64,000 nt of DNA, taken from positions 16,636 through 80,635 of the forward strand of contig JAUCBJ010002643.1 of assembly GCA_032718475.1 (NCBI GenBank). The letters run 5' to 3'. The first letter of the stretch is position 1; each line of letters starts with the position of its first letter. A program made the translations under genes and the position numbers. This document shows positions 61,441-64,000 of this stretch, in pieces. Under the pieces are notes generated by a model. It did no database searches. It was not told the DNA's origin and worked only from the letters and a program-made list of their open reading frames with translations. This stretch comes from Nemertoderma westbladi (Eukaryota; Animalia; Xenacoelomorpha).

Positions 61441-61951
61441 TTTCCTACGACTATATCGGTGGGATTTATCCTGCGGGTTAATAATGAAGAATGATAATAT
61501 TTATGCATCTAACCGATATGTTAATTAACCACGTCGGAATGTGTATCGCCATCATTCTATGTATTACAGTAGTAACACATCGTATCGTGTGCTTCCTGGG
61601 ATTGGGTGATACAGTACACGGTAAGTCTCAGATGTTCAGTAACCTTAGTTACATGGGATGCTTGAGCAAGAAAACCTGATGGCGAAAAGGTTTATTTTTA
61701 AAACAAAAGTAAAGTTCTACGAAAAGAAGTACAGAAATATAACATTGTGTCACTATTTTCAATTGACTTATATTATCAACTATTATGTCTGAGTGTATGG
61801 AGTTTTGCATATTTTAGCTAACATGCCATCGACTGTAACACTGCAGACCTCTTAAGTAGGCCTAGGTGAATCTACTTAACCGTTCGGGTAATGGGTGGAC
61901 TTTAACTGCCATCTATTATGCAATATCTACTTATATTTTCTGTGTTTACAG

Positions 61952-62152
61952 ATTGTTGACTCTGGGGGTATTCGCACTTCACTCTGTGTCCAACAAACAA
62001 ACTGTGTCCTGGTTAAACAGACGCTATGCGGTAGCAGAAAAGATTGCGATGTTACCTGCTGCTGGAGAAATAATTGCAATGGAGCTGACGTCACCTCGAC
62101 CGTGTATCAGGCATTAATAGCTGTTGTGCCTTTTTTGGTCTGGATACTATAA
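61952..62152 (+). CDS. Ly6/uPAR protein exon 3 (CCxxxxCN motif + GPI signal)
   Basis: Acceptor TTTTCTGTGTTTACAG; phase 0; IVDSGG...DVTCCWRNNCNGA + hydrophobic tail ALIAVVPFLVWIL*; AATAAA at 62171. Confidence 0.87.
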   Translation: MVDSGGIRTSLCVQQTNCVLVKQTLCGSRKDCDVTCCWRNNCNGADVTSTVYQALIAVVPFLVWIL

Positions 62153-62977
62153 AAATATAAAAAGTAATACAATAAAAGACCATAAATAATTGGAATCGAA
62201 TTAATTGGTAACCGTTGGAATCGCCTTTCGATTTTCTCTACCGAAATGTAACCTACAGAATTTACCTATACCAAAATACTGAAGTTGATCTAAAAGGCTA
62301 TAAAAAAATGTGTCCACCATTACAGCGCAGTACATTAGGCCCTAACTGTAGTAGACGGTCCCAGCAGTAACGCTATTATGTCAAATCCCCATTACTGCGC
62401 AGTTCCCGGTTTTTCCAGGTTCATTTGTGAATTTTCCCGGTTTAGATGACATAATACATTATTATATTATTATTAATAATTATTATATATATTATATATA
62501 TATAATTATTAATTATTATATTTTGATTTCCACTTGACCTAGATTTAATGTTAACCTTTCTAATCAAATTATTTGTTGTCAAAAAAATTTTATGTACAAA
62601 ATATTATTGTATTCAATTTAATTGCATATAAGTTATATTATATAAGGCTTAAAATGCTACTCCTTTGTTATGCTGTATATTTTCAGAAGTTGAAACCTGT
62701 TTTTTTATCAGATGGTTGATTACGTGAAAAAATTCGAGCACAATTTTTTTGTTTCGCACTTTTCAAGGAAAATAACGCTGTCTTTCATAATAAATTTCGG
62801 ATTTTTAAAAATGCACCCTTTATTTCATACAAAATATTATAACATACGAACAATCGCAAAACTAAAAAAACTGTTCCAATTTTGTTATTGCGCACACTAC
62901 AGTACTATCTTTTATTGATACTAAATTCTAACAAATTGGTGAGTAGTGATTTGAAAATAAAAAAATGCCATTCTGAG

Positions 62978-63382
62978 GGAACGCAACAAACTTCGCCCGC
63001 GAAAAAGCTTCGCCCGCGTCCAATCTTCGCCCGGAGCAATCTGCGCCCTCAAAATGAGCAACCATCGTCCGCCGGCGGAAACCTTCGCCCGCAGGCATCT
63101 TAGCCCGCGAACAACCTTCGCCCAATAAACAATTATTGTTTTGGTTAGAAAAAGCCGTATCTGTAACCGGCGCCTTTCCCTTAATTAGTAACACCATCGT
63201 ATATTGTTTTGGTTAGAAAAATCAATCTCTGTAACCTGCTCCTTTCCCTCAATTTGTAACTAAAATGGTTAGTAATTGGGCGAAGGTTGCTTGCGAGCGA
63301 AGATTGCCTGTGGGCGAAGTTTTACTCCGGGAGAAGGTTCTAAGCGGGCGAAGATTGGACGCGTGGTAAGATTGTACCCAAC
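62978..63382. mobile_element. Mutator-like MITE
   Basis: 9-bp TSD CATTCTGAG (62969-62977, 63383-63391); CTTCGCCC sub-repeats on the left mirrored by GGGCGAAG on the right. Confidence 0.7.
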
Positions 63383-63499
63383 CATTCTGAGATAATTGCC
63401 CTTAACTTACGTTTGAACCTTCCCGCGCAAAAACTATCTGTTAATATGGGAGAATGTCTGTTAATAAATTAGCAACAAAAAGCACAAAACCATGGCTTA

Positions 63500-63905
63500 G
63501 ATTTGTGGTATGGGGGTATTCCAAGTCGCTGATTTCATTTCTGAGGTCAGTTTTCACTTTTAATGAAATCTAGTCTGTCGATCTATCTGACTATAACTAA
63601 AAATTTAGCAATACGGGTTTTCTTGGTTGCAGAATTCATTTTGAGTGTCAGTTTTAACATTTAATGACTTCCAAATTGTCTGTTTGGCTGTCGATTATAT
63701 TTTGACAGACAGAAACAATGACGCCAAATTTGAATACTGACATCAGAAATGAAGTGACTGACCAAGAAAACCCATATAGGAAATTTTTTAGACATATATA
63801 TATAATATATAGTATGCTTTCCATTGTTTTGGATAAATACTGACGGACAGACCGACAGTCAAACAGACCGATAGTCAAACAGACAGACAGCGATATCTCG
63901 AGCAG
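63500..63905 (-). repeat. Degenerate DINE-1/HINE-like repeat with (GACA/GACC)n microsatellite
   Basis: GACGGACAGACCGACAG...CAGACAGACAG at 63842-63890; similar microsatellites at 120-152 and ~29993-30025. Confidence 0.35.
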
Positions 63906-64000
63906 TACGAGAGGTGTTGCGAAACGGTTTTTAAATTTGGAATCTTGATATAAAAATCTGCTCTAGAAGAAATAGAAAAAAAATTGGAATAACAATTTGA

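Overview
Repeat-dense animal (probably invertebrate) genomic DNA with spliceosomal introns. Only two host genes can be reconstructed, both on the + strand: a 3-exon GPAT3/4-type glycerol-3-phosphate acyltransferase (25946-37857, ~441 aa) and a small 3-exon GPI-anchored Ly6/uPAR three-finger gene (43976-62152, ~118 aa) that the ORF track misses. The most striking feature is shared by both genes. Intron 2 opens with a tandem array whose monomer is the gene's own exon-2 3' end plus its 5' splice site: ~38 copies of a 34-bp unit in GPAT and ~470 copies of a 35-bp GTAAGT-bearing unit (16.4 kb) in the Ly6 gene. Only the first donor gives an intact reading frame. The left 24 kb holds two related BEL/Pao LTR retrotransposons in tail-to-tail orientation. 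They carry an extra 3' ORF whose ends are shared but whose middles are unrelated. One copy is interrupted by a Proto2/CR1-group LINE and a Helentron/DINE-1-like element; an RTE fragment lies between the copies. GPAT intron 2 also holds a GalEa-type Copia element, a 3-kb TIR element with an AGGT target duplication, and a Penelope-like inverted repeat with a hammerhead-like motif. Several MITEs and minisatellites occur, including a 36-bp C(UUCG)G-hairpin array. All coordinates and counts were derived by eye and may be off by a few bases.
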